A stretch of 60,235 bases of DNA, counting the filler, from Sphacelaria rigidula (Eukaryota): assembly GCA_964200075.2 (NCBI GenBank). It is 5 parts of 5 records of this genome, joined end to end, with 100 filler letters (N's around TTAATTAATTAA, not from the genome) between each part and the next. Parts side by side here need not be neighbours in the genome. Positions count along the whole stretch, not along the records: positions 36,207 to 48,171 come from CAXNAA020004283.1; positions 48,272 to 60,235 come from CAXNAA020004284.1; 3 more parts are not named here. The stretch is one strand, 5' to 3'. The translations under genes and the position numbers were made by a program. Each line of letters begins with the position of its first letter. Position 1 is the first letter of the stretch. The notes below the pieces were generated by a model, which was not told where the DNA came from, did no database searches, and worked only from the letters and a program-made list of their open reading frames with translations. Shown piece by piece: positions 39,201 to 52,962 of the stretch.

Positions 39201-39996
39201 TGCAGGTGGGCTCATTCGGGGCGAAGACCGTATATTGGCTGCACGTTGATTTTTTTATTCTTTCGGTTGTGGTACGTGGACTAGCCCGCTAAGAATCCAG
39301 CCCTGGCCACAAGGTAGGCGTACTCAAGGTAGATGGACGGAATCACTCGCTGGTGAATTCGAAAAGGAAGGAAAAGCAAGTAAAAAAGAGCGACGTTGAA
39401 AAACCACTCGTGAAGCGCCGTGAACCCGGGTGCCTGGAGGTGTTACAGCACGAACTCTTCGAACCCTCTACCCCCACAGCTCTCAGCATCAGAGTCGTAT
39501 TGTTGCAATATGGGAAATGTAACCAGCACGAAGTCAATCACGCCTGTGAGCCCCGCCGTCTAGAACTGGGGTCGACTGATGTAACCTCAAAGGAACAACC
39601 GGAAACCGTGCCAACATCGCGTGATCGGAACAGATGAAATCTGTGAAAAAGGTATGGTTGCACACATTGAACTGATCGAAATCATGAGCTACCTCAATAT
39701 TACGTCGTATTTGTCGACTGTTCTGGACCATGATCTAACTTATTTGGCCCATTTTCCCATATTTGCTCCTTACGGCACTGGACGCCTAGCATGTGGAATA
39801 GCGCACAGAAAAGGGTTTTGGCTCCTCGGACCCTCCTGTCGCGTAGTTTGTGTTTTTGGAAAACAGATTCGAGGGTTCTCTTCGATTAGTTATTTTAGGT
39901 AGCTCGTGGACTAGCTGTCCGATATGTAAACCCATTTACTTCATGTAGGTTATCGTAATGTTGGAACTTTCGGCGAGAAAAACACAACAGCGTTTT

Positions 39997-40275
39997 CGTG
40001 AGATTGAGTGTAGAGCGTGGATTGAGGGCGGGTTTTCTCATTCGCTTCAACTTGACCATTTTTCCATTCCGCGTGTTCTTTTCTTTGCTTGTAACACTGG
40101 TGTGTGCTTATAGCTACACGTCGATATCTCACTCGGGGATATTAAGGGCTTCAGTCGCAAGCTACTACAGAAAGCGTATCGGGCCTCGTGGAGGGTCACT
40201 TCGGAACTGAAACTATTCATTAATAAATTGACCGCTTCTCACTCTTAATCGTACCCTCTACTCTCAATCTCACGC
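39997..40275. mobile_element. Second copy of the ~280-bp MITE
   Basis: cgtgagattgagtgtagag...ctctactctcaatctcacg. Confidence 0.7.
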
Positions 40276-41386
40276 AAAAACGTTACATGTGTGTTCGCTC
40301 TTGTTTTGTATATGTCGGAGGTGGTGAATCTGAAGAAGAAAGCATGTACACGGCAAGGTTTTGGGTCGTCACCCACAGCATGCTGCACAGCACTGTTCAC
40401 CAGACGCCCTGTGCCACAACGCATGTCTACGTGAAAGCAATTTCGATCTTATCCACTGCATGCGCCCTTTGTGTCTGTAAGTAGCAAACAAAAAAGTTTT
40501 TTGTAGTGTCAATGTATGTGTGTTACGTTTCACAACTCGTTCTCCCAGAGGGTACTTGTTGTGCTTCTCATCCGGGTCAGGCATTGGTCGGAATTCGCGC
40601 CGCGCTCTAGACAAAGGATGAGCCAAGCAACGCACTGCAATGGCATCTGAGGAACCCTGGCGGTAATGTCCCGCCACATGATCGTGATCGCCTACTCAGA
40701 TACTTCCCCCGGGTGTTGCAAATGCCTGACGTACTTTTCACGAATAGGTTGGCGGGTTGAACCTGAAGGCCGTACACTACGGTACCAGCCAATCGAGCTG
40801 CGGGAGCCTGTTTCAGCTTAGCTGCGGCACTGTGGAAGGAAACATGTTCATGACCTTACAGTTCGCGGAGCCAGTGGTATCGCGAACGATGGCACAGGCG
40901 TATCTGCAAAGCGTCGCGCAGTGTCTGCGCGCAGGCTGCGGCATCCCGCCAAAGGCAGAGTAGACGTCATGAGAGAAGACTCTCACGCTTCATTGTGGCT
41001 CCATTGTGTGGGTAACACTGTCTGCTCCGCGCGCTCCTTTCTCGAAATTCCGTGCATGACCACGACCCAGATCAAGTGAGAATCCGAGACGCACGGGAGA
41101 GATACGGGAAGAAAATAGGATGCAAAAGTGGAATGTACGTGAGGATAGGGAAATAGCGGAAAGGACATGAACAGACACTTTCTACGATAGTCCCCTCCCC
41201 AAAGCCAGCCCTATATTCGGGGGGTTGAGGTTCCCCATTCTCGTTCGCGTGCTCGTGGCATATGTGAGCCTCTTGATTGATGTAAATTCTTTTGTGTGTG
41301 TGTGTCGTGTGTTGTCATCACATCTACTCGGAGCGCCAGTATTCACCTTTCGGTATACTCCCTCTGTTCCCGAACATGAGTCCGAT

Positions 41387-41644
41387 GAGTGATACTACGG
41401 TAGGGGTACAGAAATAATTTCTGAGGTTAAAATTGTTAGGTGCCCCTCATCTCATCCAAAACACGACTTGTGAAAATGTGCGAGAGTACGCGAGGATTAC
41501 TATTCCAATGTGCTGTGGATATCCCGAATTAATCTGCAAACGGGGATGCCCTGGCACTTATTCATGTGCGTCTAGAATCGTTAGGAGCCCCTGAACCAGA
41601 CGAAATTTCGCGAAAAAAGTGCACCCCCTACCGTAGCATTGCTC
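41387..41644. mobile_element. Same MITE family, 4-bp TSD cgat
   Basis: cgat|gagtgatactacggtagggg...gcaccccctaccgtagcattgctc|cgat. Confidence 0.82.
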
Positions 41645-42170
41645 CGATTTAAACAAAACGCACAAAAAATCAGCGTGGCGATCTTTCTTTGACGTCGAGG
41701 TCGATTCCCACCTCGAACACATTGATTGTTGGGGAAAGCATTTTTTTCCCATTTTTTTTGCCTTCACGTTGTTTTTCGCTTGAAAGGCCCCAATTTTCGG
41801 CACCCTGTAGTATTTCCTCCAGTCAGAAGGGAAAATGTTTTTTTTCCCTCATAGTATTCCCTCAAAAAAAAAGTTGGAAAAAAACTTTTCCTCGATGCGT
41901 ACGGGAGAAAAAATGACACGCTAGTTTCCTCTACTCACCAGATATTTAGAAGATCTGTCACGGGGGAAAACAAGCCATGGAAGGGGATGAGAACTGATCG
42001 TGCCCTGTTTTTGGCCACTTCTTCAACTGCCCTACCTGTCCGAGCACGATGAAAAAAAATGGCGCAAAAATATCTCTTCTAACGCCCCCAAGTGTGAAAC
42101 CGGACTTATTTCTGGAAAATCCAAATCGGACTTATATTCCGGAACACAGGGAGTATATAATAGGCGCATC

Positions 42171-42458
42171 AGCCGGGGTCCGGTCAAATGAGAGGAAGGC
42201 CAACATGAGAATTTTCGCTTCTTTTATTGTAGTACTCACCCTTCCTTCTGCGGTGCTTGCCTTTTATTTTTCATCGCGAGAGGGGTTCAGCGGTCCTTTC
42301 CACTCGTCGATCGTGAAGTCAGATTTCGTGTACCCACGGCATGATCGCTCTCCACTACTGTTGGACATGGTATGAGAAAAAATCCCAGAACGTGTAACTT
42401 CACCGAGATTCGAACTCACGACACAACCATCAGATGGACTTGAGGTTAGTCACCAGGG
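42171..42458 (-). mobile_element. tRNA-derived SINE copy
   Basis: Same body (ccttccttctgcggtgcttgcc..gagaggggttcagcggtc..gagaaaaaatcccaga) plus a B box. Confidence 0.7.
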
Positions 42459-43015
42459 CAACCGGCTGTGACTTGTGCCCCTCGAAAATACTCCTTCACG
42501 TACAATATCACAAAATGAGTGTCGGCAGATCGTTGTTCATGCAGCGACAGTGGCAACATAATTTTTTGTAGGGAACGGTCCGAGATGGTGTATCCGCAGC
42601 CGTCTCACGACCTGAGCTCCACAGGCCGTGCACTGACGCATACCATGCGCACTGTGTGTGTGTGTAGGCATCGGAACGTCCTAGCGAGAGTATTCTCTCC
42701 TTGGTACTCAAGCGTACCCTTCATCTAGGAAAACGCACAGCAGCTTTCATGCAGATCGGATGTCCTGGCGAATAGCATGGACTCGTTGCGCATGATGGGG
42801 GGGATGAAAAGCTCCGCTTGCTCAGCTTCATCCAAGATTACAGTCAATGAACGAAGCACCTCCTTGATCGACGCAGTCCATGTACGTCAAGGGCGGGCAA
42901 TCCTCGCGTCTGTCGCATGCCTCCCTAGATCATGCGCAAGCTTTCAGCACCAGTTGAGTTTCCATTTAATTCAAAATCAGGCAACACCGACGGAACACAT
43001 TCGAAATACATGTAT

Positions 43016-46000
43016 CTACATCTTGACCTCCTTCAGCAACCAGAATCCTGCCACGTCATCTGCGTCAGCCTCTGACTTCACCGCTAGAAAGTGAAATCCT
43101 CCCAATGCTTGCTTGGCCTCCTCAAAGCTTTGTGCTGTGCCGAAGGTCCAGGTTGGGAGTGAAAGAGGCAGGCAACGGACGGACAAGTTTTGAGGCAATA
43201 CACTCTCTTCGATAACGTCTGTCTTCGGTCGAAACCGTCGCGACTTCTGGTGACGGCAGCTGTCTACCAGGGCTGACGTACACATGAGCAGCTGTGCGGA
43301 AACAGCCAAAACATCTCTTTTAGACTGGGAAAATCAATCTTATTCACAGCAAAATGGTCAGTTTTCGAACTCGGTAGGAGCCGTTGGTCAGACATACGAA
43401 TGAGCTCAGTCTCGTCACGCTTGGTTGATTGATGGTCGTATATGAATTGATACGTCACGAATCCAAATGTAGTCACGAGATATCCACCCAGGCTGAGGAG
43501 ACGTATTGTAAGGAAAGGGAGAAGAGGAGATGAAAAAGAAGGACGCCAAGCTATGATCTAGTCTAGGTTTCCAGATGAAAAAAAAACCCGACAGGCCCCT
43601 GCCGAATGATTTCATTCTGGTGAGGAGGAAAGGAAGAAGCAGCGCAGAGGGCAGAGTGAGAAGAAGGGGAAAATAAATAAAGGAGTGCATGAAAAATTAA
43701 AACGCCAAGCTACAATTCAGCCCCGGTCCCGAGATGGAAAAAACGTCAGGCCCCTGCCGTGTGTCTTAATTTTGGTGGGGAAACTGTACAAAAAACAAAA
43801 CAAAAAGTAAGGACGCTTGCCGAAACACCTTCCAAGGTCACCTTCTCTCAACATGCTGGGGTTCGAGAAATCTCATCTCGAAAGAAACCTGTGAGAATCA
43901 TGCAGGGAATTCGACTTCAAAGAGCCATTCGCTCTGCGGACGCGTGCTGCACGACCAAACAGGGCAAGAAGAGACAGAAGATATACCGGCAGCTACAGGC
44001 TGGTTCACGCTCATCACCCAAAATCGTGTAATCAGCAAATGCCTTCCGCAATACCTCCCCACTAGTCGCATACATGATATCATACCGATCACCATGGACA
44101 GCTGAAGAGCGTGACATAGCCGGACTGTGTTTGAGGCCATACTGGTAGCGCTAAGGGCGAAAACGCTCCTCGACCAACCAGCGCCCTTCCAAATGTTGTG
44201 AGATCGAAATTACGAATTCCAAGCCCGATTTTACCCTATCTCTACATGATTCAAGTCGTCGTAACCGCCATCAGCTCGGGAATGTATCGGGAAAAAACAT
44301 ATTCGAGAACGGTTACTACGGGGTCGAACTATACACGAAACCGTGACGTTCCGATGATGTGGGGGTATTGGCGTCATCTGATTTCCACTGATAATCCGCA
44401 GGAAGGACCCAGGGAGCCTCGTGACGGTTTCCCTTATATCTGTTGTCGAAAAGCTCAGCTTGGTCTCAAAACTTGGCAGTTCCGTGAGTATTGATGCTCC
44501 AAATGGAGAAAAAAAAGGTAAGCTCGACAATATTTCATATTTCGACGCCTCTCCGTTCTATACCGACTTCCGGGGGTCCCAGTACAAAGACCCCCCGGAA
44601 GGCGGTGAATAATACCTCAAAAGAGTGAATAAAATGACGCGTCCTGGGATAGCCCAAAGAACACATGTTCGAAGTTTGGTCGACGAACTCGAAGACTCAT
44701 ACACTTCTTGGGCCTTGATGTGTAACTCACCCCAAAAAGACGTTTTGATACTGAAACCAAGTAGTAAGGAGTTTGCACGTTCCGAGCTCACGCCCTCGCA
44801 CAAACGCGCAAAACTTCACGCCGTTATTAAGGGTCAGACCCTGGAACTTTGCACAAATGTGTTATGGATCGGTCGGTCATTCCGCAAGTTTTGATGAACG
44901 AGTGTTTTCAACTTACTGACTTTCTTACCGTTTTTTCAGGGGTCTGACGGGATCCAACTCGTTTTTCGTGAGCAGTCTCCTTTCTGGCATCCCAGAAAAG
45001 CGGCACTGCGATTTTTTTTTTCCGTTTTTTTCGCGGATGAGCTGTCGCCGCATAACCCAAGGAAGTGCTCCACATTTTCCCGTGGCCAAACTCGAAAAAC
45101 TGATGCTTGATTCTTCTTGTTCACGTCAAACAAGGCCAGAAAACGCCATTTTCATACTAAAATCAAGTAGTTTGCGGTTTCACCGTGGCACGGAAAATTT
45201 CATCGCACAAACGTGTAACTTTCACGCCGTTTTCAGGAGCTAGACCCTGAAATTTTGCACAAATGTGCTCTGTCGTCCTTGCGCGAGTTTGGATGAACGA
45301 GGTTTTTTCATTCATTACTTCTTTTTTTTCCGGGGTCCGACGGGATCCAAATTTCCCCGAAAACCTGGGACCTCGGAGAAACGGTGAAGTCAGTCAAGAA
45401 GTTGAAAAAAAAACGACCTTCGAAAGTTGCATAATGACCCACAGCACAATTGTGCAAAATTTCAGGGTCTAACCCTTGAAAACGGCGTGAAGTTTTGCCG
45501 ATGGGTGTTTCTGCTGGATAAGCGTGAACCTGCCTGTACCATGAAAAGGTTCTCCGGGGCGCGTGCTGGCGAAGGCCATACATGGGAGAGAAAAGTGCTA
45601 TTTCACTTCGGCTAAGGAAAACTCATTTCCAACGAGTGCTTTGAATCGTTTTAACCCTGAGACAGCGACCCCCCCGCAGGTGAACTGAGATGGACTATGC
45701 CACATTTGCGGTTCAGAACTGCTCTATTCTCGATACACAAAACGCATTTTTTCACAAACATGTGGATGTTGGGCTCATATATAGAAAACAGTCCCGGAGA
45801 ACCCCTGACTGGTTTTGACGCTGCAGTTTATTGCGTGCAGAGCCAGTATTTGTGCTATATGTATTCGCTGGATAAAACGGCAAGATACAGTCAGCGTGCC
45901 ATCGCTCTCCGTTGAACGCAACCTACAGAATGCTGCTGATGTCTACGCTCAGTACTCCAAAACACTACATTGTGAAGCTATGCTGGCATTACATAAGGGG

Positions 46001-47960
46001 CCAGACACGCGGCATCGATCACGGGCAGAGTGAAAAGTTCGCTATTTGTGCCCATGGTATATGTGGTTGAATTGTTCTGACCGAAATGAGAAATACGGCT
46101 AGACAGCGAAGTAATCCACCTGTAGGAGAACAAAGTGACGGTTTGATAGCCGTGATTGGTCAGAGTGGTCACTCCGCTCCTCTCCGGCCTCGGTCCTGGC
46201 TTACAATTTTCCGTGGGAAACTTCCGAGGGCAGGTCGAGCAGAGTATGTACTTTCGAGTACTCGAGTAAAATACTCGAGTATTTACTCAACTCAAAATTT
46301 TGAGTAGATCGAGTACGACCTCAAATATTCTACTCAAATATTGAGTAAGCACTCGCAGTAATACTTGAGTATAGAGTTTCACTTGGGTATAACCTCAATA
46401 CTCTCCTCAAAATTTTGAGGAGATCGAGTACGATCTCCAATACTCGACCCAAATATTGAGTAAGCATTCTCAGTAATACTTGAGTAGAGAGTATCACTCG
46501 AGTATGACCCCAATACTATACTCAATTTTTGAGTAGGTCGAGTACGGCCTCACATACTATACTCAATTTTCGAGTAGATCAAGTGCGGCCTCATATGCTT
46601 TACTCAAATTTTGGGTAGATCGTTTACTACTTCCAATACACCACTCAAATATTGAGTAAGCACTCTCAGTGATACTAGAGTATAGAGTATCACTTGGGTA
46701 TGGTGAGTATTTGTGACCGTCGGCGACTTCGTGACGTCACTTCACAGACTATGTTGAATACATGGGCGAGCGATGGCCATCAATCAGATGGGTAGCATTA
46801 CGTTACAGGCTACAAGGAGTATGAGCGAATGATGGCCATAACAAAAATGAAAGAGCGTGCAGGTGAATGAACAGTTCAAGACTTCGACGGCCCAATACTG
46901 CCATATGATTTTTACGCTTTCCAGTACCCCCGCTAGTCTACACGGTACAATCCGAACGCCCTTCGACAACACCCCATTATTCGTTCTACCCTAGTTTTGT
47001 ACCATTTGGTTCTGATCCAAATGCTTTCTCGAATATACTGTACCCCAATGTTTGCTGAAGTTTGATCTTGAATTAGCACTGATAATGGGTGGGCAACTCT
47101 AGGAATACGTTGGTATTTCCTCTACCCGAGTTTGAGTATATCTTGCGTACGAACTTGAATACTGAAGTTCAAGTTATATGTTTTCGGTACATCGGGTCCG
47201 GCCTCAGATACTCTACCCAACTTTCGGGTAGATTGGGTATGGCCGCAAATACTCTACTCAAATTTTGAGTAGATTATGTCCTCAAATACTCCACTCAAAT
47301 TTTGAGTAGGGCGAGTATGGCCTCAAATACTCTTCTCAAGTTTTGATTAGGCCGAGTACGGCCTCGAATACTCTACTCAAATTTTGAGGAGATCGAGTGC
47401 GGCCTCGAATACTCTACTCAAATTTTGAGGAGATCGAGCACGACCTCAAATACTCGACTCAAATATTAAGTAAGCACCCTCAGTAACACTTGAGTATAGA
47501 GTATCACTCGAGTATGGCCTCAACTACTCACCTCAAAATTTGAATACTAAAAGTATGACTCTTCGAAAATACTGAGTATTGGGTATACTCCACTCGACCT
47601 GCCCTTGGAAACAAGCATGGTCGACTTGGTGAATTTTTCGGCTTTTTTGCGAACAGGCCGCCACCCCCCTGTCAAAAACCACCCTCTCGTCCCCTGCAAA
47701 CCCCGGGATGTCCCTGGATTATCAGCCTGTGACACTGTTCCGAGGAGACGCTCGCTGTCTGAGGATTGACACTAATCAGATTTTGCGTCGAGCTTCGATA
47801 TCATAGGTACACCCTCTCGACTCAGGAAAAGGCCAAGAATTTGGCCACCTATGCGTACAAGCTACGTACCTTCTTTGCGCTGGTCACCCGACACCCTTGC
47901 AACGAGGTACTGGATGGTCATTCCGCACTCCAGTACTAGCTCCCGCTGCTGCAGGTCAGC
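43016..47960 (-). CDS. TAB2: Tab2/ATAB2-family (DUF1092) plastid RNA-binding protein, last two exons (47870-47960, 43016-43134); 5' part lies off the contig
   Basis: Spliced (AAA GAA G|gtacgt ... gcacag|CA CAA): ADLQQRELVLECGMTIQYLVARVSGDQRKEAQSFEEAKQALGGFHFLAVKSEADADDVAGFWLLKEVKM*. This matches the Tab2 C-terminal signature EA..FE.AK...G.HFLA.....GFWLL. Confidence 0.85.
46225..47607. mobile_element. Non-autonomous TIR element (hAT-like) with internal ~42-bp palindromic tandem arrays, inside the Tab2 intron
   Basis: Ends cgagggcaggtcgagcagagtat / atactccactcgacctgcccttg. The flanks gaaacttc / gaaacaag may be a decayed 8-bp TSD. Arrays of tactcaaattttgagtagatcgagtacg lie at 46250-46700 and 47120-47590. 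Confidence 0.6.
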
Positions 47961-48029
47961 CTTTTAGGTCACCGATTTAGATACGTCGAGCGAGGTAAAA
48001 TTGCGCCTGTGAAAGGTGGTCTTGCCTCT

Positions 48030-48080
48030 ATTATTACTATTATTACTATTATCACTATTATTATCACTATTATTCATCAC

Positions 48081-48171
<91 letters not shown>
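48030..48171. repeat. (ATT)n microsatellite at the contig end
   Basis: Direct inspection. Confidence 0.95.
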
Positions 48172-48271
48172 NNNNNNNNNNNNNNNNNNNNNNNNNNNNN
48201 NNNNNNNNNNNNNNNTTAATTAATTAANNNNNNNNNNNNNNNNNNNNNNNNNNNNNNNNNNNNNNNNNNNN
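48172..48271. other. Artificial contig spacer
   Basis: 100-nt N/TTAATTAATTAA/N linker. Confidence 0.97.
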
Positions 48272-48453
48272 ATTCGTTTTTTTTGCTGCTTGATGGCTCT
48301 CTTCCCCTCTCCCCCTCCCCCCGGTAGGGGGGGGGGGGGGGGGGGGGGGGAGGTGCAGTCCTTGTTCCGAATGGATCATGGCCACACCGCATGGTCCGCT
48401 GCCCAAAATCATCTGCGTACAGCAGCAACTGCTTTGTGCCATCAAAAACTCAC

Positions 48454-51390
48454 CTCCTCCTTCTTCTCCTCGACGTGCTTGTAAACCGTGTTCACCGTGG
48501 TCCAGCCCACAGGAACAGGGCGACCATCGGGTCCCGGAGGAATTCGATGAGTACGTGGCGCCTGGTCATGATCCATCGACGGAGTCAGTACGCAGCGAGG
48601 CGTGTTGCCAGCGGAGCGATTTCGAGTTTTTTTCTCGCTAAAAATTAAAGCGTTCGTTGCCCGGACACGCGGTAATAGCCGGTACGAAACAAGTTTGCAC
48701 GACGCAGGCTACAACAGTGCAACAGATGTATCAACGCAAAAGACGCTAAGCAGTTCAACTCGGATAATATTCAACAACAGCCGCCGCGCTCCAATAGACT
48801 CCAACTGGCACATGTTCCAGTCGGTAAGGCCGGAAGGTTAGGGCCGAAGCTCATCAGAGTATGGCGGCGCGTGTCCTGCGCCCAGTTGACAGGGGGATTT
48901 AGTGGGTTCGACCCCACACTGCTGAGCAAAGCATTCCGAACGCTCGAGAAGCCTACCCCACATGATTGCCGCGAGGCGATCTAGCCGAGCCTCTGGGTAA
49001 TCGGCACACGAACCCGCTCATGGGGTAAGTGTTGGGTGAGGTTTCCTGCCTCCTTCAAGGAAAAAAAAAATGAAAGGTTGAGGGTTCAAATCGCGACAGA
49101 TGCGCTTTTTTTGTAGAAACTTACCTGATTTTCCAAAATTGAAGGCGTGAGGACGTGAGCAGCGAAGAAAAATGGACGCAAGTCGACGCGGTGGGGAAGT
49201 GCTAATAGTCATGATCCAATCCGACATAAACGAAATGTTAGGTCATGTGCCGGGGAGGAGAGGGATGGGTTGATCCCTTGACACTGCAGACTTGTCCCAA
49301 GGAAGCCTGAGGGGATGAAAAGTGCGGTGGACGCAAAATGATATCAACATCGACATCAAAAACATTATCAGCAGCACCACCATTATTATCATCATCGTCA
49401 TTAAACGATGACAAAGACGACAATATGAATGTGGCACGCAGGACAAGCAAGCAAGCACCGGTCAGTTCTGTGACCCACATTTCACACTTGTCTACGGCAT
49501 GCCCACCTGATGACCACCGCATTGCGACAGGAGAGACAGATCCAGCCCGAAACTCTCTAACCACGACACAGCCTGGATAGAGCCGCGAAGATGACACGGC
49601 ACGGACACACGGCACAGTGTGGGAGATGAGAAACCAGCGAATCACTACACGAAAATCGAAGAAAGAGAGTAGTGCCGTAGGGCTGACTCCTGACACGATG
49701 GGAAAAAAAACTCGAATAGATTGTCGAGGCATATTGACTCGGGAGGCCTTATCATTATTTCTTCATGTGAGAGAACGCAGGTGACGGCGTAAAATAGCGA
49801 TGGAGTGTTCTACCTTTATCGGTCGTTCTTGTGCGGGTTGCTTTGTTGTTGCTCCTTATCATTTGGCCGCAATTTTTGGGTCTCTTCTTGTTTTATTTTG
49901 ATAATTTTTTGGAGCCTCCGAAGAAGCCGACAATGAGCGCTTTTATCTCACGTAGGGAATAGTGGTAGTGGCGGTACTGGAAAGGCGAACGTACGCCTGC
50001 GACCACGGGTTCGAGAGATTGGGTTAAAATGCGGGAAACGAATAAACAACAATGAAAATAAATAATGCTCACATAGAGTCTCGTCAAGGAGTATGGAGAC
50101 TTCGGTTGTAGTGCTGCATCCAACAACGGGTAACTGTGCATGTTGTGTACGGATATTTTGGTAGGGTACAAGGCCGACGCACCTCAATGGTCACAGTCGT
50201 ACACCGCAAAGGCTACTTCGGGTCGATTTACTTGGTTCATCATGACCATGATGAAATAGTTATCAGGAAGTTGGTCTCCGTCGTTGAATCCGTGAGAACT
50301 ATTGAAAAAAAAAACGATGCTAGTCGACGGGCTACAGGGCTGCTGATGCAATACTCGAAATCTCCTTGTCAGGGAGGCAGGATCCAAGGGAGATAACGGT
50401 TGATGCCCCCTTGAAAGTACAACGAGCAAAGAAAAGAAAATGAAGAACTACGACAGCGAGGACGGAGTAGTTTGCTCTCGTATTGAACTTCATTTTCACC
50501 TCCATGTCTGGGCAAGCAGAGTACTCTGCACTCCATCAAAAGCATCCCGCTTGGTTGTGGAAGTGATCATCTCCAACGACACAAAACAGTTGGTGGCGTG
50601 GTCATATAAGCGCGCCCGCCGCAGCAAATGGAAAAAACAAGACCTTTTAACGTCTCCTCTCGAGATATATATTTTTAATTCGCTGCGCACGGTAGTGCAC
50701 ATGCTCCTTCAGCTCAGAGGAAAAAGGGTTTATATACATATTATTTTTTACGGGAACGATGAGATAACACAGCATATAATGTCTACATAACGCCACCACA
50801 CTTAGTCCTCGCACTGTATATAAGCAGAAAGCCTTACCTCTGCACTCCCACGCACGATTATGTCGACCAGTTCGGGCGAACTGCGTCCACCGCCGGATTT
50901 GACGACGTCTGCGGCGAACGCCTCATACGAATCAGAGGCGCCAGTGAGCGCCTGGGCGGGTGTCAACGCTCCGTTGATACCTGCGGCGAATCATAAATCC
51001 AGACAAACACCGCGAAACCCCCGGAAATATCTCACGGGGCGAATGAAAATGAAGTTGTGTGACGGTGAGCGCCTGTGAGGCAGTAACATTGCACCACTAG
51101 GCATGTCACAATACTGACCGTGCCAACACAAGGCAGCACAGCGTAGCATAGCGCAGCGCAGCGCAGCGCAGCACAGCACAGAATACCAAAACCAGTAGGG
51201 AAGCATGACACAAGAAGGCAACATGAAATAACGAAACACGCGCGTACACACCAGATGTCGCCTTCGCAGAATTGCCGCCGATCCTCTTCCCCTTCTCCAG
51301 CAGAAACACCTCAGCCCCGGCGCGAGAGGCCTCGATAGAAGCTGCGAGTCCGGCCAACCCTCCGCCCACGACCACCACGGGCAACTTTTG
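48454..51390 (-). CDS. Soluble fumarate reductase-type FAD flavoprotein (FAD_binding_2; Frd1/Osm1/flavocytochrome c-like), partial; exons 51252-51390, 50838-50980, 49507-49572, 48454-48561
   Basis: Phase-consistent GT-AG exons give QKLPVVVVGGGLAGLAASIEASRAGAEVFLLEKGKRIGGNSAKATSGINGALTPAQ..DSYEAFAADVVKSGGG..SAEAVSWLESFGLDLSLLSQCGGHQAPRTHRIPPGPDGRPVPVGWTTV. Motifs present: Rossmann GxGxxG, GGNSAKATSGING and GGH..PRTHR. Confidence 0.92.
48830..49036 (+). repeat. Dispersed ~200-bp repeat (SINE-like, B-box GGTTCGACCC); inverted copy at ~53637-53835
   Basis: gaagctcatcagagta..gggttcgaccccca..ctagccgagcct..cacgaacccgctc matches the reverse complement of 53640-53835. Confidence 0.6.
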
Positions 51391-52962
51391 CTACCCCGTA
51401 CAAGAGACAAGGCGAGAGACAACAACCAAAAAGGGAAAAAACGAGCTCACTATTTTGAAATAAATTTTCGACGTGATGGTTTTCCCAGCGTTCTGGATAA
51501 ACTGATGTTTTCTCGTGGTGTAGTAAAACACCGCGGTCTATGGCTCAACGAGAGGGCACGTCGGTTGGAAGACGGGGAGGGCGATCGATGCCTTGGGTGA
51601 CTACAAGACATGCCCGGCTACTACCACGCAGTCGTCATCAGTTGAGTGCCACCAGGGGTGCACGAATCAACTTGATCTCTGCGGGACAAACGATGTCCTG
51701 CTCGCACTGGACGTTAGCGTACTTTCGTGGGTGCTTTATTTCGAGGGGAAGGGGGGGGGGGAGGGGCAATATTTGACCAATCACATCATCGGGGAATACC
51801 GACCGGGCTACGGGAATCCTGGTCGGTACCCCCATCAGTTGGTACAGACAGGAACGGCACCACACACGAACATATTAGGCAGGATATACTCGTCTACGTT
51901 GCAGGTGCCAAACGCGCTGCCCACCCATGAATACAATCTGCCGCCGCGCCATAACTCGCAACCGCTTCCCCTCTCGGCAGGTCTTGGGGGGAGAACTGAA
52001 CGAAGCTCTCAGTCCGACATCATGTAGAGATGTTTCATGTCCAATTGGGTTGTGCTGAACGCAGCGACGACCATTTTGATACGAAGAAGCATCACCCTGG
52101 AGAAAATGGGCCACAGCAGCAGCTACATGCATTACTCAGAGCTCTAGCTACAGCCAAATCACTGACTGCAGACTTGAAATGGAGAGTGTTACACAATAGC
52201 AGTTTGGCGCCTCGCTTCCGGAGGGCTCATGGGTGGGAGCTCGTGCCCGGAAAGTATGGCCCAAAATAGCTGAGCCACAATCTACACCCACGGCCTTTTT
52301 TGTTTCACCCTGTGTAAGGGTGCACATTCATTTTTTTCTGCGCAGGGTTCTTTTTCACCTGAGGCCGTGCTGCAGGGGCTGGCCATTTCTAGGTATATTT
52401 CGTTGTTCGTTTTTTTTCTTATTTCATTATTTGTACACACAGGAGTATTACACACGGAAAACGAAGCTGTATTTCCGCGCGAGCAGGATTAGTACGCTGG
52501 GGCACAAAAAAGCGGAGGCCTAGATACCAACGCTTGAAATGCGAATCTTTTCCTCCTTGCCAAAATAGACACATCCTTGAAATATCTTCGTCGCGGTGGC
52601 GCACGCACTGAAGAACTATTTCACCGTAGACGCTTCCAGAATTTCCACTGGGCAACTTATGTGGTTTGACTGTTGAAGAAGGTATATTTTCCTCATTGTA
52701 TGGGTTATACGGCACCACTCAGCGGTACCTATTTCCACTAGATGAGTTATACTACTTAACCGGTGTAACTCATCAATTGTCCAACGTCTGAACGATTACC
52801 GAAGTATGACCAGATATGGCATTCAGTTTAGAAACATTGCCAAAATGTTGTCGGATTCTGTATTCGGTTCAGACCAACCGTACGAACATTGTCAGATAAT
52901 CGATTCTTCTGGAACATGGGGTCCTATAGAACAAATACCTACAACGCACATATATATTTTTG

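Noticed and set aside
46250-47590. CRISPR-like palindromic repeat array
   Set aside because: The units are degenerate and contiguous with no unique spacers, no cas genes are present, and the array lies in a eukaryotic intron within TIRs.
43016-51390. Single gene fusing the flavoprotein and Tab2 exons
   Set aside because: The two exon sets are separated by an artificial contig spacer at 48172-48271.
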